From: Eledone cirrhosa
Lineage: Eukaryota
NCBI GenBank assembly: GCA_964016885.1
Contig: OZ024740.1
Coordinates: 425,940,001 to 426,004,000, forward strand
DNA: 64,000 nucleotides
Reading direction: 5' to 3'
Made by a program: the position numbers and the translations under genes. The notes beneath the pieces are model-generated. The model ran no database searches and was not told the DNA's origin. It saw only the letters and a program-made list of their open reading frames with translations. Shown here one piece after another: positions 25,921-40,378 of this stretch (within the stretch, counting starts at the first letter, position 1; each line of letters opens with the position of its first letter).

Positions 25921-26110
25921 AAAGTATGACCCCGGCGGCAGAGCTCAAGCCGCTTCGACGGCTATTTCTGGACTCAGAAATAGCCGTCGAAACGGCTTGA
26001 CCTCTGCCGTCGTGGTCAAACTTTTTTCTATTTCCCACTCTTCTACCCTAAGTATTGAGTACTCTGGTGCGTTATGGTCCATCTGGTTCCTTACCACACT
26101 TCCTTCGTTA
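25921..26110 (+). mobile_element. Short foldback plus conserved terminal segment (also at 60875-60962 and 63712-63800)
   Basis: Hairpin at 25921-26030. The tail cccactct.ctaccctaagtat.gagtact.tggtgcgttatggtc...ctggttcctta occurs three times, each ending at (TA)n. Confidence 0.75.
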
Positions 26111-26369
26111 TATATATATATATATGTACTCACCCCTGTTTAGATACCCAAAGGCAGTCCCACATACAATTAGAGGTGCCGTGTACCTACCCAAACTCGA
26201 ACTCGCACTTGAAAGTTCACTTAAATATTCCCACAGGTCCATATATAAAGAGGCTTCCACACAGTCTCTACCTATCATTTGACTATCATTGCTGTTAATA
26301 TTCGTCTATCTAGCTGGAAGTATAAACAACTATACACTCACACATACACAGTCCTCTAAAGTGTGTATG

Positions 26370-26600
26370 AAGCCAGGAGATAGTCAGGCCAGTGCTTATC
26401 CTGGCGTCCCCACTGGACAGAGCAACGGTCTATCGCAGAGTTAAACCCCAAGCTATTGCTGGTACTGATATTCAGCTGAGTATATTGGAGCAAATTGAAA
26501 TGAGGTTTTGCTCAAGAATACAACAATCAACCTAGTCCAGGAATCGAACCAGTGACATTATGATTGTAAGTCCAACACACTTACCACTAGGCTACAGGCC
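26370..26600 (-). mobile_element. SINE family B-like, diverged
   Basis: Minus strand has a tRNA-like head (GGTTCGATTCCTGG) and a CTTGAGCAA core. Confidence 0.7.
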
Positions 26601-27309
26601 ACCACAATGATATTCATATACCACACACGCACGCACCCACGCATGCGCACACACATACACACACACACAAACATGTATGTGTATTGGACGGAAAATACAA
26701 TTGATGCTAAAACATAAAATATAAAAAATAAAAATATAAAAAACTAATAAATAAATAAGTTGTGGTCATTACAATCTTATCTATTTATCATAAGTGTTAT
26801 GGCGTGGAGGACTTTTACTGGCTGAAGAATAAAATAGAGCTAAAGTATTTTATGGTATTCTGTTTGCCAGGTGGTGGGTGATACTAACGGGAAACAGAAT
26901 TGAAGTGACAAGATAAGAACATTTTGGTAGAGCTAATGTCTGTAGGAAAGTCGTTTGGCACCAGAGTAGAAGATAAAAAACTGGTCGTGATGGGGTTAAC
27001 TCCGACAATGGGTTATATTGACAGACGCCGAGAAAAGAAAAGTGAGATTAATTTGAATATATTTGATAAGTAAATTGCCTTTCATGCATTCGAGGTTGAT
27101 AAAAAAATGTCCCAGTCTAGTACTGGGGTCGGTTCTTCCTCCATATCTCTTTCTAAATTCCATTCTCTCTCTCACTCTTTCCCTCTCCGGAAGAAATTTG
27201 CTGTATTCAGACCTGGAGAGGATTAGGCTACCCAGGTTTTAAAATGCCCTAAAAACTTTCCATATCAATTTGCTGTCCCTACGACACCCTCTGGAGTTAC
27301 GGGTACATG

Positions 27310-27490
27310 CAGATAACTGAACTCACATAATATATCAACATAAGTATGGAAAGACTGGAAGAGGAAGACCAAGGTTAACATATGTTGATGCCTTAAGGAC
27401 AGATACTGGTCGCTTAGAGACGAAGGACATGGCAGCGATAATGAGGGACTGAGACCGCTGGAGAGAACTCGTCCATGGATCTCGGGAATT
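27310..27490 (+). mobile_element. RTE-like LINE 3' coding remnant
   Basis: GKTGRGRPRLTYVDALRTDTG...IMRD.DRWR. Confidence 0.65.
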
Positions 27491-28860
27491 TTACCCGCCC
27501 TAGACATACGTATTCATATGCATATAGTAATATTTTCATTATCTGAACACATTTAAAAGGAGTTTCGGTCTTGAAATTGTGAAAATATACTTAGTTTATT
27601 GAGGTTTTCGCCCAGTTGCAGTTTATTGGGCTTTCCATTATACTTCACCAAATATGTGGAAGTTTTCATGGAGAAGAACAACCCCTTATAAATAAATTCT
27701 GAATATTATATTAACAGAAACAAAGATCAGATGTTGGTTCTCAGTTTACTCTATTACATGTTCCAGCTGAAGGCTGACGCCATACTTGTGCACCGCCATT
27801 CTTTAAACTTTTTCACTTCATCTATTCTGCTAACGTTTTTATTTTTAAGGAAAGCTGCCCACTGCATGCCCACTATGCCTGAGATCAAACCAATGAATTT
27901 GTTTATACCTCTTTGCTCCAGCTGCTAGAAATAATAGTCAAATCTCCCTCAACTCACATCATACCATATTTATAATGGACTTATGAAGTAATATAAACTT
28001 GGAACAAACACGCGATTACTGAACAAATAGATGACTATATAGTTATGACAGGATAACCTTTGTTGAAATGTTTGCTCTATTACGCGTAGCCCAGGGTTCA
28101 GTAAAACAATTAGCTAATGACGAAACCTGCATGGGTTTGTTCAACCGGCTAGAAATAGCAGTCAAATTGTCATCAAACCACTCATAATTTTCTTAAAATA
28201 GTTGTTTGTATATATAGTAATAGCTATACTGACAGAATTATAATTGTCATTGCTACTGTTAAATAAATAAACGATGATGCTGGATAAATAAAATATGTGA
28301 TGGTCAGTCAAGGTTGTGTAAATAAAAGATCAGATCATCTTAACTTGATAAAATATCTGACCCAGTAGATAAATAATATAGGTGGTGGTAATAAGTAGAC
28401 AAATAACAGATGTGATCACGATTAAACAACTAACTACTTCAAAAGATTTCGTAGTTTATTCACTTAATAAAATAATGTTATTCTTTAGCCTCAAGCCGAA
28501 TCTGATTAATCAAACCTACTTTGAGCGGGATTCCAGCTGTCATCCCATCATCTTTTATATTTAAAATTCATCTAGGTCTAAGTTAACAAAGGTGTCATTC
28601 CATTTTTAAAAGGTCAGTGTGTAATTTGAAGTGAATATGGGGTCTATTTCGTGCAGGTCAAGAGCCTAGATAGAGGCTCACTCACATGCTTATTGTCGTT
28701 CGTCTTTATCCCCAAATGAATCAAATGTGTTTCAGCCATGATCATCCCATTGTTTCTCTCCTAATGTATTATTTGTCGTTTTGAGGTTTAAGGGCGTAAA
28801 AGTGGGATTGGAAGCGAACAATTTCCTGTATGTATTATACGACCATATATCTCTATCTGT

Positions 28861-28985
28861 GGAGGGGCGTGGCTGAGTGGTTAGAGAATTGGATTCACAA
28901 TCGAGAGGTTGTGAGTTCGATTCCCGAACCGGGCGATGCGCTATGTCCTTGAGCAAGACTTTTATTTCAGGTTGCTCCTTCTACT
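28861..28985 (+). mobile_element. SINE family B 5' part
   Basis: GGCGTGGCTGAGTGGTTAG A-box, GAGTTCGATTCCC B-box and CCTTGAGCAAGAC core. Confidence 0.8.
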
Positions 28986-29949
28986 TGAAGTTGCAACCGA
29001 TAGATAGTATTAGCAATTGGAAAGACCAATGGAACCATTACTTCCTCGGTCCGATTTGACGAAAGTCGATCGACTGTCGATATCTCTACCTGGAAACTAC
29101 ATCTTTAAGGTCCAGGACTGTGCAAGGTATTTGTGGCCAACCAGCTGTCGCCCATGTATGCAACACTCCTGTCTTCGTGCTAAGGTTGTTATACACGCAA
29201 AAGTTAAGGACCGATACAGCTGACACATTCAACATCAGAATGCAAAGAGTCGAAAGAGACACTGTAACAATTCCGTTAACCCACTACCCTTCATTGACAC
29301 CTTATATCCTCACTCTAAAGTGATGAAAGGCAAAGACGACCTCGGTCGGAATTAAACACGGGACGCCGACAGCCAGAATAATTGCCTCTTAGATGTAATA
29401 TTTAGCTGCTATTTATAGCAGCTCAAACGATCTCCCAGACATTCCCTTATTTGTCCATATTAGCAGGTTTTGAATCCCAGATTATCACAAATCGACCAGG
29501 CCTATGACGAAATCATTTCAACTATTACCACCCCATATTTTAAAAATCAGATATAGTCTATCTGATATTGTACATACACAGCGTGTTTTGCTTTTTTACA
29601 TCTATCTATATACTATATATATACTATATATATACTATATATATAGTGTTGGTTAAAATGTTATTGCTATGTACTATATAGTACAATACAACATTATAAC
29701 ATAACACAATTTACAAGAAATTTATTTATTTTGACGGCGAATTGGCAGAGTCGTTGGAACGTCGGGAAGAATGCTTTGGTTTCTACTTTCTGGCCCTCTG
29801 GGGTCAAGTCTGGCCCTCTGGGGTCAAGTCAAACCGAGGTTCACATTTTATTTCATCTTTTCGAAGTCGATCAAAAGGTACCAATTCCATAGTGAGGGTG
29901 TTTCTTGTTCCGTTTCTCCCCCCCCCCTCTCTCTCTCTCTCTCCACCCC

Positions 29950-30001
<52 letters not shown>

Positions 30002-30271
30002 TTCTCCGGAAGAAATTGGACTTGAAGTTAGGACTTGAAGAGGGAGTAGTCTCCAGCAGGTTATATGAACATTCCACGACGGTGATCCCATGAATCCATC
30101 AAAAGTTGGTTCATATATACACGTAATTTACAGCATCTACGACTACCTTAAACAGTGTGTCTTTTGTACATTTGAAGCCGTAATTTGAGATGAGTTTTGA
30201 GTGCTATTTCTAGCAGGACTTGTCATCGCATGAATGGCGGTTCCTACATTGAATGTTTAGCTGTTTATAAC

Positions 30272-30452
30272 TGTTTCTATTTTAGGCACAAGGCCAGTAA
30301 ACACCAGTACATTACTGGTACTTTATTTTATCGACCCCGTAAGGATGAAAGGCAAAGTTAACCTCGGCCGGATATGAACTCAGATCGTAAAGGGACGTAA
30401 CTATGCTGGAAAGCATGTCCGACCCTCTACCGATACTGCCAATTCACCGCCC
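30272..30452 (-). mobile_element. SINE family A with 16-bp TSD
   Basis: TSD tttagctgtttataac at 30256-30271 and 30453-30468. Confidence 0.9.
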
Positions 30453-30873
30453 TTTAGCTGTTTATAACGTGTTTCTACAAGCCAAAGGGCGGACATTAAC
30501 CTAACCAATTGATTAAGAGAAAATAACATAAATTGCCTTAAATCGAACCCCCTAGTCTTAAAAATAAACACAATATGCGAAATTGGTCTGTAGACTCAGT
30601 CGAGATGTTCACGTCTGGAATGCTGTTGTTTATAGATCTGCTAAAACCGAATTAATTTGAGGCCGAGGAAGAAGGCCAAAGTGATTCTTTCAACCAAGTG
30701 CTAGAAAGCGGATATTAACCTTTCTTTCTATTGGTTGATATTATTGGAGACTTTTCCGTGATTGATTCTTGTTATTTGTTTTGTTGTTGTTTTAGATGTC
30801 TAATTTCATGGATAACCTCAGTTAATCGAACTTTATTTCATTTCAATATATTTTTAGATGAGACACACAGCAG

Positions 30874-31818
30874 TGTGGTGGTGATGGTGGTGGTAGTGGT
30901 AGTGGTGGTAGTGGTGGTAGTGGTAGTGGTGGTAGTGGTGGTGGTGATGGCAGTGGTAGTGGTGGTGGTGGTGGTGGTAGTGGTGGTGGTAGTGGTGGTA
31001 GTGGTGATAGTGGTGGTGGTGGCAGTAGTGGTGGTGGTGGTGATGGCAGTAGTGGTGGTGGTGAAGGCAGTGGTGGTGGTGGTGGCGGTGGTGATGGCAG
31101 TGGTGGTGGTAGTGGTGGTGGTGGTAGTGGTGGTGGTGGTGGTGGTGGTGATGGTGGCAGTGGTGGTGGTAGTGGTGGTGGTGATGGTGGCAGTGGTGGT
31201 GGTGGTGGTGGTGGTAGTGGTAGTGGTGGAGGTGATGGCAGTGGTGGTGGTAGTGGTGGTGGTGGTGGTGGTGGCAGTGGTGGTAGTGGTATTGGTTGTG
31301 GTGGTGGTGGCAGTGGTGGTGGTGGTGGTGGTAGTGGTGGTGGTGGTGGTGGTGGTGGTGGTGGTGGTGGTGGTGGTGGTGGTGGTGGCAGTGATGGTGG
31401 CAGTGGTGTTGGTGGTGGTAGTGGTGGTGGTGGTGGTGGTGGTGGCAGTGGTGGTGGTAGTGGTGGTGGTGATGGCAGTGGTGGTAGTGGTGGTAGTGGC
31501 AGTGGTGGCGGTGGTGGTAGTAGTGGTGGTGATGGCAGTGGTGGTGGTGGTAGTGGTGGTGGTGGTAGTGGTGGTGGTGGTGGTGGTGGCAGTGGTGGTG
31601 GTAGTGGTGGTGGTGGTGATGGCAGTGGTGGTGGTGGTGGTGGTAGTGGTGGTGGTGATGGCAGTGGTGGTAGTGGTGGTGGTGGCAGTGGTGGTGGTGG
31701 TGGTAGTGGTGGTGGTGATGGCAGTGGTGGTGGTGGTAGTGGTGGTGGTGGTAGTGGTGGTAGTGGTGGTGGTGGTAGTGGTGGTGGTGGTTAAGGTGGT
31801 AGTGGTGGTGGTGGCAGT
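30874..31818. repeat. ~940-bp imperfect (GTG)n microsatellite
   Basis: Direct inspection; it generates the poly-Val and poly-Thr ORFs. Confidence 0.97.
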
Positions 31819-31969
31819 GAGATGCGGAGAAGGAGTGAGTAGATAGAAACTTTTCCAGACATGTTTATTATTATAGCTGTTGTTGTTGTTGTTGTTCCTA
31901 TTGCTATTATTGCTCGTAGTGTCTCTCCTACTGATGATGATGATCATCATCATCATGTTCATATGTTTT

Positions 31970-32076
<107 letters not shown>

Positions 32077-32316
32077 TATATATATACTTATATGTTTTAT
32101 TTTATATTTTCGGAGAATTAATCTCTTGCTTCACCTTGAATTGTTTTAGTTTTTCTTGGTTTTTGGATTTGGAAATTTTCCCGTTGGCTTCCTACTTGAT
32201 TAGTAGCATTAGATTAATTTTACAGAATTTAAAACATCCTTTTAATTATTTATGCTGCTCCTCCTTCTCTATCTTTCTTCTCTTTTAAACTCCTCCTCCT
32301 CATCCTCCTCACCCTT

Positions 32317-32347
<31 letters not shown>

Positions 32348-33094
32348 TTCTTCTTCTTCTTCTTCTTCTTCTTCTTCTTCTTCTTCTTCTTCTTCTTCTT
32401 CTTCTTCTTCTTCATTATCATTATGATCGTCGTCATCCTCATCACAACAAACTTTATACATTCTGTTAGAGGTGCCTTTTGGTGTTTGTTTCAATTTCAT
32501 TTATTTTGTTATTTATTTATCTATTTTGTTATTTTATATTTCGTTATAATTTCATTTGTTGTTGTTGTTTTATTTAGCTTCTCTCTGGCTAAACTTGCTC
32601 AGGTGAACAATTGTTAAATCAAGCGTGAAGAACTACGCACTCAATCAAAGAGAATATTTTGAAAACTTTCAGGAACATTAAAATAATAAATAAATAAATA
32701 AATAAATAGTATAAACGAAAATAGCAGCAAAAACAAAAACAATAGCCACCACCGCTGCTACTACCACCAACACCACTATCACTACCACCACTATCACCAC
32801 CACCACCGTCGTCACCCCTATCACTAACTCTACCACCACTACCATCACCACCACCACCACTACCACCACCACCACCACTATCATTACCACACTACCACTA
32901 CCACCACTACCAGCACCAATACTAGCACAACTCCTACCCTCACCACCACTACCACCACACCCATCACTAATATTACTACCACCAAGGGCACAACCAACAA
33001 CATCAACAACAACAACAAAAGTATTTAAATGAACAGAGCGAGAGAACGATATACAAAAATGCATTAAAAAAATTATACGGAACTATCCAAAATG

Positions 33095-33290
33095 TAATAA
33101 AAATAAAAAAAAAATAAAAATAAAAATAAAAATAAAAATAAAAATAAAAATAAAAATAAAAATAAAAATAAAAATAAAAATAAAAATAAAAATAAAAATA
33201 AAAAATATAAATATAAATATAAATATAAATATAAATATAAATATAAAAAAAAAAAATATAAAGAAAAAAAAAAAAAAAGAAAAAATATAA
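33095..33290. repeat. (AAAAT)n / (AAATAT)n microsatellite
   Basis: Direct inspection. Confidence 0.95.
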
Positions 33291-33848
33291 ATAAATAAGC
33301 GAACGTAATAAGTATCTGTAAAATAAAATAAAATATAATTTAACTAAAGAAAACGAAACAAGACAATCCCGAGTTAAAATGGTCCAATGATTTCTCTAAT
33401 ATAATACATCTTCTGTGCCTCGCCAAGATTTTGTGAAGAAAAGTATGAATCTTATTAAGATAATAATCTTTCCTTAATAAATGTTCTGATATTATTGTCA
33501 TTGTGTGTGTGTGTGTGTGTGTATAAGTGTGTGTCTGTGTGTGTTGTGTTGTGTGTGTGTATAAGTGTGTGTGTCTGTGTGTAAGTGTCTGTGTGTGTGT
33601 AAGTGTCTGTGTGTTGTGTGTGTTGTGTGTGTGTGTGTAAGTGCCTGTGTGTGTTGTGTTGTGTGTGTTGTGTGCGCGTATTTGTATACACACATAAATA
33701 TATGTGTGTCTGTATGTGTGTGCCTCTGTGTTTGTGTGTTGTTTGTATGTGTGTTGTGTGCGCGTATTTGTATACACACATAAATATATGTGTGTCTGTA
33801 TGTGTGTGCCTCTGTGTTTGTGTGTTGTTTGTATGTGTGTTTGTGTGT

Positions 33849-33910
<62 letters not shown>

Positions 33911-34567
33911 GTGTGTATAAGTGTGTGTGTGTGTGCCTCTGTGTGTCTGTCTGTGAGCGTATTTGTATACAAATATATATATATATGTGTGTATGTGTGT
34001 GTATGTGTGTGTATATGTGCGTGTATGTGTGTGTTTATCTGTATGAGCTTAAATTTGTGTGCGTGCATATGCTTTCGTTCAACGTCTCTCTCTTTATATA
34101 CATGTTTATATATATATATATATATATATTTCTCCCCTTCTCACTTCCTCCCGTTTGGCTAGTAGTGGGGTCTCTTCTTGCTCACATCTCACTCGCGTTG
34201 GATGGTCTGTATCTTGATCGCTCATGAAATCCACCCAACTTATGCTGACCGGACAACCATGTTGCTTGTTTATTTTCCTATCTTTGGTTTGCTTTTATCC
34301 TTCTATGTTGTTTACTTGTCCCCCTCGCTTTACGCGATTTACTTGTCCCAATAGCTTTTTTTAGTTATTGCTCGCACCAAGCTGAGGTATATGATTTTTA
34401 ATGCGATGAAATATCAATGATGGTTGGCAAATGACTGACGAAGGACTAATTTTATCATATATAACCCATGTGCAACCACGCAGTATTCTTCTTTCTTCTC
34501 ATGTTTTATATATATTTATATATATATATATGTATACATATATATGTATACATATATATGTATACGT

Positions 34568-34731
<164 letters not shown>

Positions 34732-34875
34732 ACGTATATATATATATATATATATATATATAAGTTGAAAAAAAATGAAAACGAAATTTCATTTCTCACT
34801 CTTAGGCTGCTCAGCCGTTAATTTTCATTAGGAAAGTATATACTTTCGAACGTTCAACTATCTGGCAGATGGGTA

Positions 34876-34920
34876 AACGGTGCTGATGATAGCTAACAAG
34901 CTTGAAACTAGTACATCGTT
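34876..34920 (+). ncRNA. Minimal type I hammerhead ribozyme (family 1; element ~34762-35165)
   Basis: aacggtg-CTGATGA-T-AGCT-aaca-AGCT-T-GAAAC-TA-GTA-catcgtt. Confidence 0.82.
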
Positions 34921-35163
34921 CCTGTGTCAGTGTTGAACAAAAAGGTGACGTGGTTGCCTTAACACCGTATGGCATAAATTCAGACTGTTCGGTTTGTTGA
35001 CAAACAAGCGAACAAAGCTGCGTTATAATAAACGTCAGCTAAACTGATGCGTGCATATATGTATGTGTACCTGTATGCATATGTGTATATATATATATAT
35101 GTATATATATGCATGCTACTGTACGTCTGTATACATATATGTATGTACGTATACATACATACT

Positions 35164-35227
<64 letters not shown>

Positions 35228-35261
35228 TTACATGAAACAAAGTTCTGTTTAAATCATTTAT

Positions 35262-35310
35262 CTGCTTACAATTGTTTCTTCCAAAGCGAGGTTTGGAGGC
35301 TTCGGAGCAA
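35262..35310 (-). ncRNA. Hammerhead-like motif, CCGAAGC core variant (left arm)
   Basis: Reverse complement of 36447-36495. Confidence 0.55.
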
Positions 35311-36446
35311 TTATTCAGTGATTTTTAACATATTTGACCTCCTTTTCAACACAAGAGACATATGGAAACATATGTATATATTGACCCACAGTGGGTTGAC
35401 ATCCATTATAATAATATAGCATGGTAATTTACATACAAAGATTACAGTCATATTAAAGGACAAAATTAAAATAAAAATAAAACATTGGCAGTCTACTAAG
35501 ATAAAGCAAAAGGAAAGTTTAGAGTAGCCAGTGTATGCAACAGTCACACGTGTGGCATGCACGCGTGTCCTATTTATACAAGATTACAGTGCGGCAGATT
35601 GTTACAAGTAAAACAAGCAGTCAAAGCAGGCAATCAAGAGCATCATGGGGGTGAACTGGTTAAGCATTATTTACACACACCTGTACGATATAGAAGCCCG
35701 TGTGTGGAGAAACACCAAAAATATCAAAAATATTACAAATGAGAAGCAAAACAGCACCACTGTCCTCGTACATAAATTTAACTATAGAAATCAGCTAGTT
35801 ACCTCCCCTTACGCATTAACTCCCCTTAATCACACACACACTTCCGGAATATAATACGATGTCATCTCTCACAACAAAAACAACCTGATCTATGAATCGA
35901 ATTAAAGAACGACAAACTGTGATGTTCTAGCATGGTTCACCAGGCACCCAATGTTGAATCATCCTGGATTGTGAGAGTGGTGGTGTGTACGAGGACAGTG
36001 GTGCTGTTTTGCTTCTCATTTGTAATATTTTTGATATTTTTGGTGTTTCTCCACACACGGGCTTCTATATCGTACAGGTGTGTGTAAATAATGCTTAACC
36101 AGTTCACCCCCATGATGCTCTTGATTGCCTGCTTTGACTGCTTGTTTTACTTGTAACAATCTGCCGCACTATAATCTTGTATAAATAGGACACGCGTGCA
36201 TGCCACACGTGTGACTGTTGCATACACTGGCTACTCCAAACTTTCCTTTTGCTTTATCTTAGTAGACTGCCAATGTTTTATTTTAATTTTAATTTTGTCC
36301 TTTAATATGACTGTGATCTTTGTATGTAAATTACAATACTATATTATTATAATGGATGTCAACCCACTGTGGGTCAATATATACATATGTTTCTATATGT
36401 CTCTTGTGTTGAAAAGGAGGGCAAGTATGTTAAAAATCACTGATTA

Positions 36447-36495
36447 TTGCTCCGAAGCCTCCAAACCTCGCTTTGGAAGAAACAATTGTAAGCAG
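36447..36495 (+). ncRNA. Hammerhead-like motif, CCGAAGC core variant (right arm)
   Basis: ttgct-CCGAAGC-C-TCCAAA-cctcgc-TTTGGA-A-GAAAC-AATT-GTA-agcag; the stems are intact but the core has U4C and A9C. Confidence 0.55.
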
Positions 36496-36694
36496 ATAAA
36501 TGATTTAAACAGAACTTTGTTTCATGTAATCTATATATAACTGCTCTGTAAAACAACTGATGTTGTTACATTGAGCTATTTATCTTACTGGTAATAAGAT
36601 AGTAATAAATTACTGTCTTTCACTATTTAGGGTATAATATATATATAACTACAAAAGGTTTTAGTATATACATAACCATAAATAGTATCCTTAA

Positions 36695-37240
<546 letters not shown>

Positions 37241-37248
37241 TGGAAAAA

Positions 37249-38094
37249 ATGAAGACAGAAATTGAACTTCTTAAACTGAGGGCCCAGACAAATGAGGAAA
37301 AAATCAAAACCATCGATGAAGAGATCCTCCTGGAAATCAACAACAAAACTGAAGGCCCCAAGGTAGAGAAGATCTCCAAATTATGGAAAGGGGACTGCAA
37401 CAGAGAAGAACTGAAATCCCTTCAACGCTGGGGAAAAAGTGCCGCTTGGTTCCTACACTATGAATCGACTTTTCAAACGGATTACACCTCCAATAACCCG
37501 TTCATAAAAATAGGAAAACCCATAACTGAACCGCACAACAACTTCTCAAACCCCCAAGCCTCAAACAAACGAAGAAGGAAGCACCACACCGAAGATGAAC
37601 TTCCCAACCTCGCTACCATAAGAAGGAACAAAAACCCAAGAAATCATCTCCCCCAGAATGACATTTGCAACTTTCCCCCTTCAAGGAGACACCATACCAA
37701 ATCACTCAACTACTACGCGGATTCCTCATCGTCAAACATAGGGAAAAGATACCACCGCCATGATAGATGCAACAACTTCCCCGCTTCAAGGGGACAGCGA
37801 GGTAATTACCATTTTCTCAACACTCACTTCCACAATACACAACAAACCCACACCACACGATACAACCAACAACGTAGGCCACTTATAACACCACAATACA
37901 ACATGGCACATAGAAACACACACCCATACTCGCAGTACAGGAACACCCCATTCAATCTACAACCACCAACCCGAACCACATTTTACAACAACAAGGAATA
38001 TAACAAACACAGGAGACCACTTAACATCAGCAGACAACCCCTCTACCCCAACCATTTTTTAGACACAGCACACAGATACAGGCAAACAAAATAA
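37249..38094 (+). CDS. PLE ORF1: helical N-terminus followed by a basic/polar low-complexity region; probably 5'-truncated
   Basis: Open frame of ~281 codons overlapping the RT frame by ~40 nt at a T-TTT-TTA heptamer. Confidence 0.65.
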   Translation: MKTEIELLKLRAQTNEEKIKTIDEEILLEINNKTEGPKVEKISKLWKGDCNREELKSLQRWGKSAAWFLHYESTFQTDYTSNNPFIKIGKPITEPHNNFSNPQASNKRRRKHHTEDELPNLATIRRNKNPRNHLPQNDICNFPPSRRHHTKSLNYYADSSSSNIGKRYHRHDRCNNFPASRGQRGNYHFLNTHFHNTQQTHTTRYNQQRRPLITPQYNMAHRNTHPYSQYRNTPFNLQPPTRTTFYNNKEYNKHRRPLNISRQPLYPNHFLDTAHRYRQTK

Positions 38095-40378
38095 CACAAG
38101 ACAGGGAGGAGAAACCGATAGTAATAAAAATTATCAATCTTACTAGTGCAGAACCAACACCCAACCTTATCAACTTACTCTCCAAAGGTCTTAAATTCAC
38201 ACCGACCCCACTACGTCCTAACTACTATGAAATGAAGGAAGACATCACAGACTTCTGTAGAAAGTTACGACTTAGTGAACAACTATTCGACCAGTACAAT
38301 GAGGATGAATCATTAGCCAGAAATAGAAGCAATTACACCCCTTCAAAAGGTAGAAATAAAATCCTGGACGAATTCTGTGAACACATCACAAACTTCCCTT
38401 ACCAACACTTGCACATACAAAAACACAAGCCAAACCTCAACAAGAAAGAATGGGAAGAATTAAATAGATTAAAAACCGACAGAACCATTACAATTAAAGA
38501 GGCTGATAAAGGGAGTACAGTAGTCCTAATGGAGACAGAATTCTATATCAACTTAGCGCTCTCCACTTTGGAAAACGAAACATACTACGAAAAGGCTGAA
38601 CACTACAATCAACAGAAAATTATGAGAAACCTAAAAACTCTAATCAACCAATACAAAGAAGGACTCACTAACAAGGAATTCAGCTTCATCACAGACTTCA
38701 CAAGTAAATCCAGCCTTTTCTACGGTATCCCTAAAGTACATAAAAGCGAATCAATCAGTAAGGCATGCAAGGAAGCCACAGACATAGTCATCAATGTCCC
38801 CTCACCCAATGATCTCAAATTAAAACCTATAATAGCAGTCCCCGCTTGCGAAACGCACCGTCTTAGCAACTTCATTGATACCCTTCTCAAACCCTTCCTC
38901 AAGCACATCAAAAGCTATATAAGGGACGACCTAGATATGCTCAATCACCTCCCTAATATGCCACTTTCTGAACAAACCCTACTAGTGACGTTCGATGTAG
39001 TCAATCTATACTCCAACATCCCCACAACCTAGGAATAGAAGCTATCCAATTCTGGCTGGATAACTTCCACAATGAACTCCCACAACGCATCAAAAAAGAA
39101 TTCGTGATAGAGGGACTCAAATTTATCTTGGAGAACAATTACTTCGTTTTCAATAACAAACCCTACAGGCAGAAATCTGGGACCGCTATGGGAACGAAAA
39201 CAGCCCCTACTTATGCCAACCTAGTCATGGGATACCTGGAAATCACCCTCTACACTAAAGTCCTAAACAAATTTGGAAACACCCTCCACTTACACATTGA
39301 AAGGAACTGGAAGCGATATCTAGATGACTGCTTCATCCTTTGGCACGAAAACATCGAAAAACTTAAAGAATTTCACACCCTTATAAATGGGCTCAACACA
39401 AATATTAACTTCACGATGGAATACAGCCATCAACAACTCCCCTTCCTCGACATCCTCATTAAGATCCATAACAAAAAAATAGAAACAGACATATACTACA
39501 AGCCCACAAACTCCAAGCAATACCTCCCCTTCAACTCCTGCCACCCTAGACACGTTAAAATTAATATTCCCTACAACTTAGCCAAGAGAATCTGTACTAT
39601 AGTCTCCAATAAAAACATCTGCTACTTACGGCTACAAGAACTAAAGGACACACTCATAGGCAGGGACTACCCTGCATCACTAATTGACAATGGAATCCAA
39701 CGTGCCCTAAAACTCAGTACCCAGGACCTTAGACACCCTAAAGTAAATCAACCAAAACTAAAAGCTCTTCCATACATCTCCACACACAACCCCCTCAACA
39801 ATGAGGCCTTTGACACCATCCTCCAGAACATCCCTGTATTGAAAAAGGACCATAGAATGAACCAAATTCTACGAACACACGATATCATAAAGAGCAAAAG
39901 ACAATCCAAGTCAATGAAAAACATCTTAACACATGCCAAAGTACTGCCAACCACAACAACGAAACCCACAGTAAAAAAATGCGATAGACCCAACTGTGGC
40001 ATTTGCATCAACCTAATAGAGGGTTCGGAATTCTATTTCAAAGATGGACAACGTTTTATAGTAAAACACAATTTCACATGTGCATCGGAAAATCTAATAT
40101 ATGTATTAACTTGTTCAGGTTGTCGAGAACAATACGTAGGCCAGACCAAAAACAGCCTCCGCCAACGCATGACTGTCCATAGATCCCAAATTAAAATACG
40201 GGAATACAGGAAAATACCACTGAGTGAATACATTGATACCTGTGCCGCCCAAAATCATCCCAACTTCAGAATCTTTCCCCTCTACAAATTTAAAGATAAT
40301 GCCACCCACACCCAGCGCATCAGCAAGGAATCTTACTTCATTAACAAATACGGACCCCGTCTAAACACTTCTCCCTAA
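38055..40378 (+). pseudogene. PLE reverse transcriptase-GIY-YIG ORF with a single frameshift at ~39022
   Basis: LLSKGLKFTP, IKEADKG, FYGIPKVHK, FDVVNLYSNIP, GTAMGTKTAP.YANL, RYLDDCF, LPFLDI, KKCDRPNCGIC and NLIYVLTC..C.EQYVGQT motifs. One base is missing in the C-run at 39020-39023. Confidence 0.92.

Larger units (their letters stand above)
35221..36537. mobile_element. ~1.3-kb foldback element with ~550-bp arms and HHR-like motifs near both outer ends
   Basis: 35221-35772 is inverted relative to 35986-36537, with a ~213-bp spacer. Confidence 0.92.

Noticed and set aside
28861-28935. tRNA-like sequences at SINE heads (also 18733 and 44795)
   Set aside because: A and B boxes are present, but they run directly into the SINE core and lack a complete cloverleaf.
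34431-34450. CTGACGAAGGAC (HHR 5' half), and CCGAAACGTT at ~42101 (3' half)
   Set aside because: Half motifs only; the partner strands are absent.
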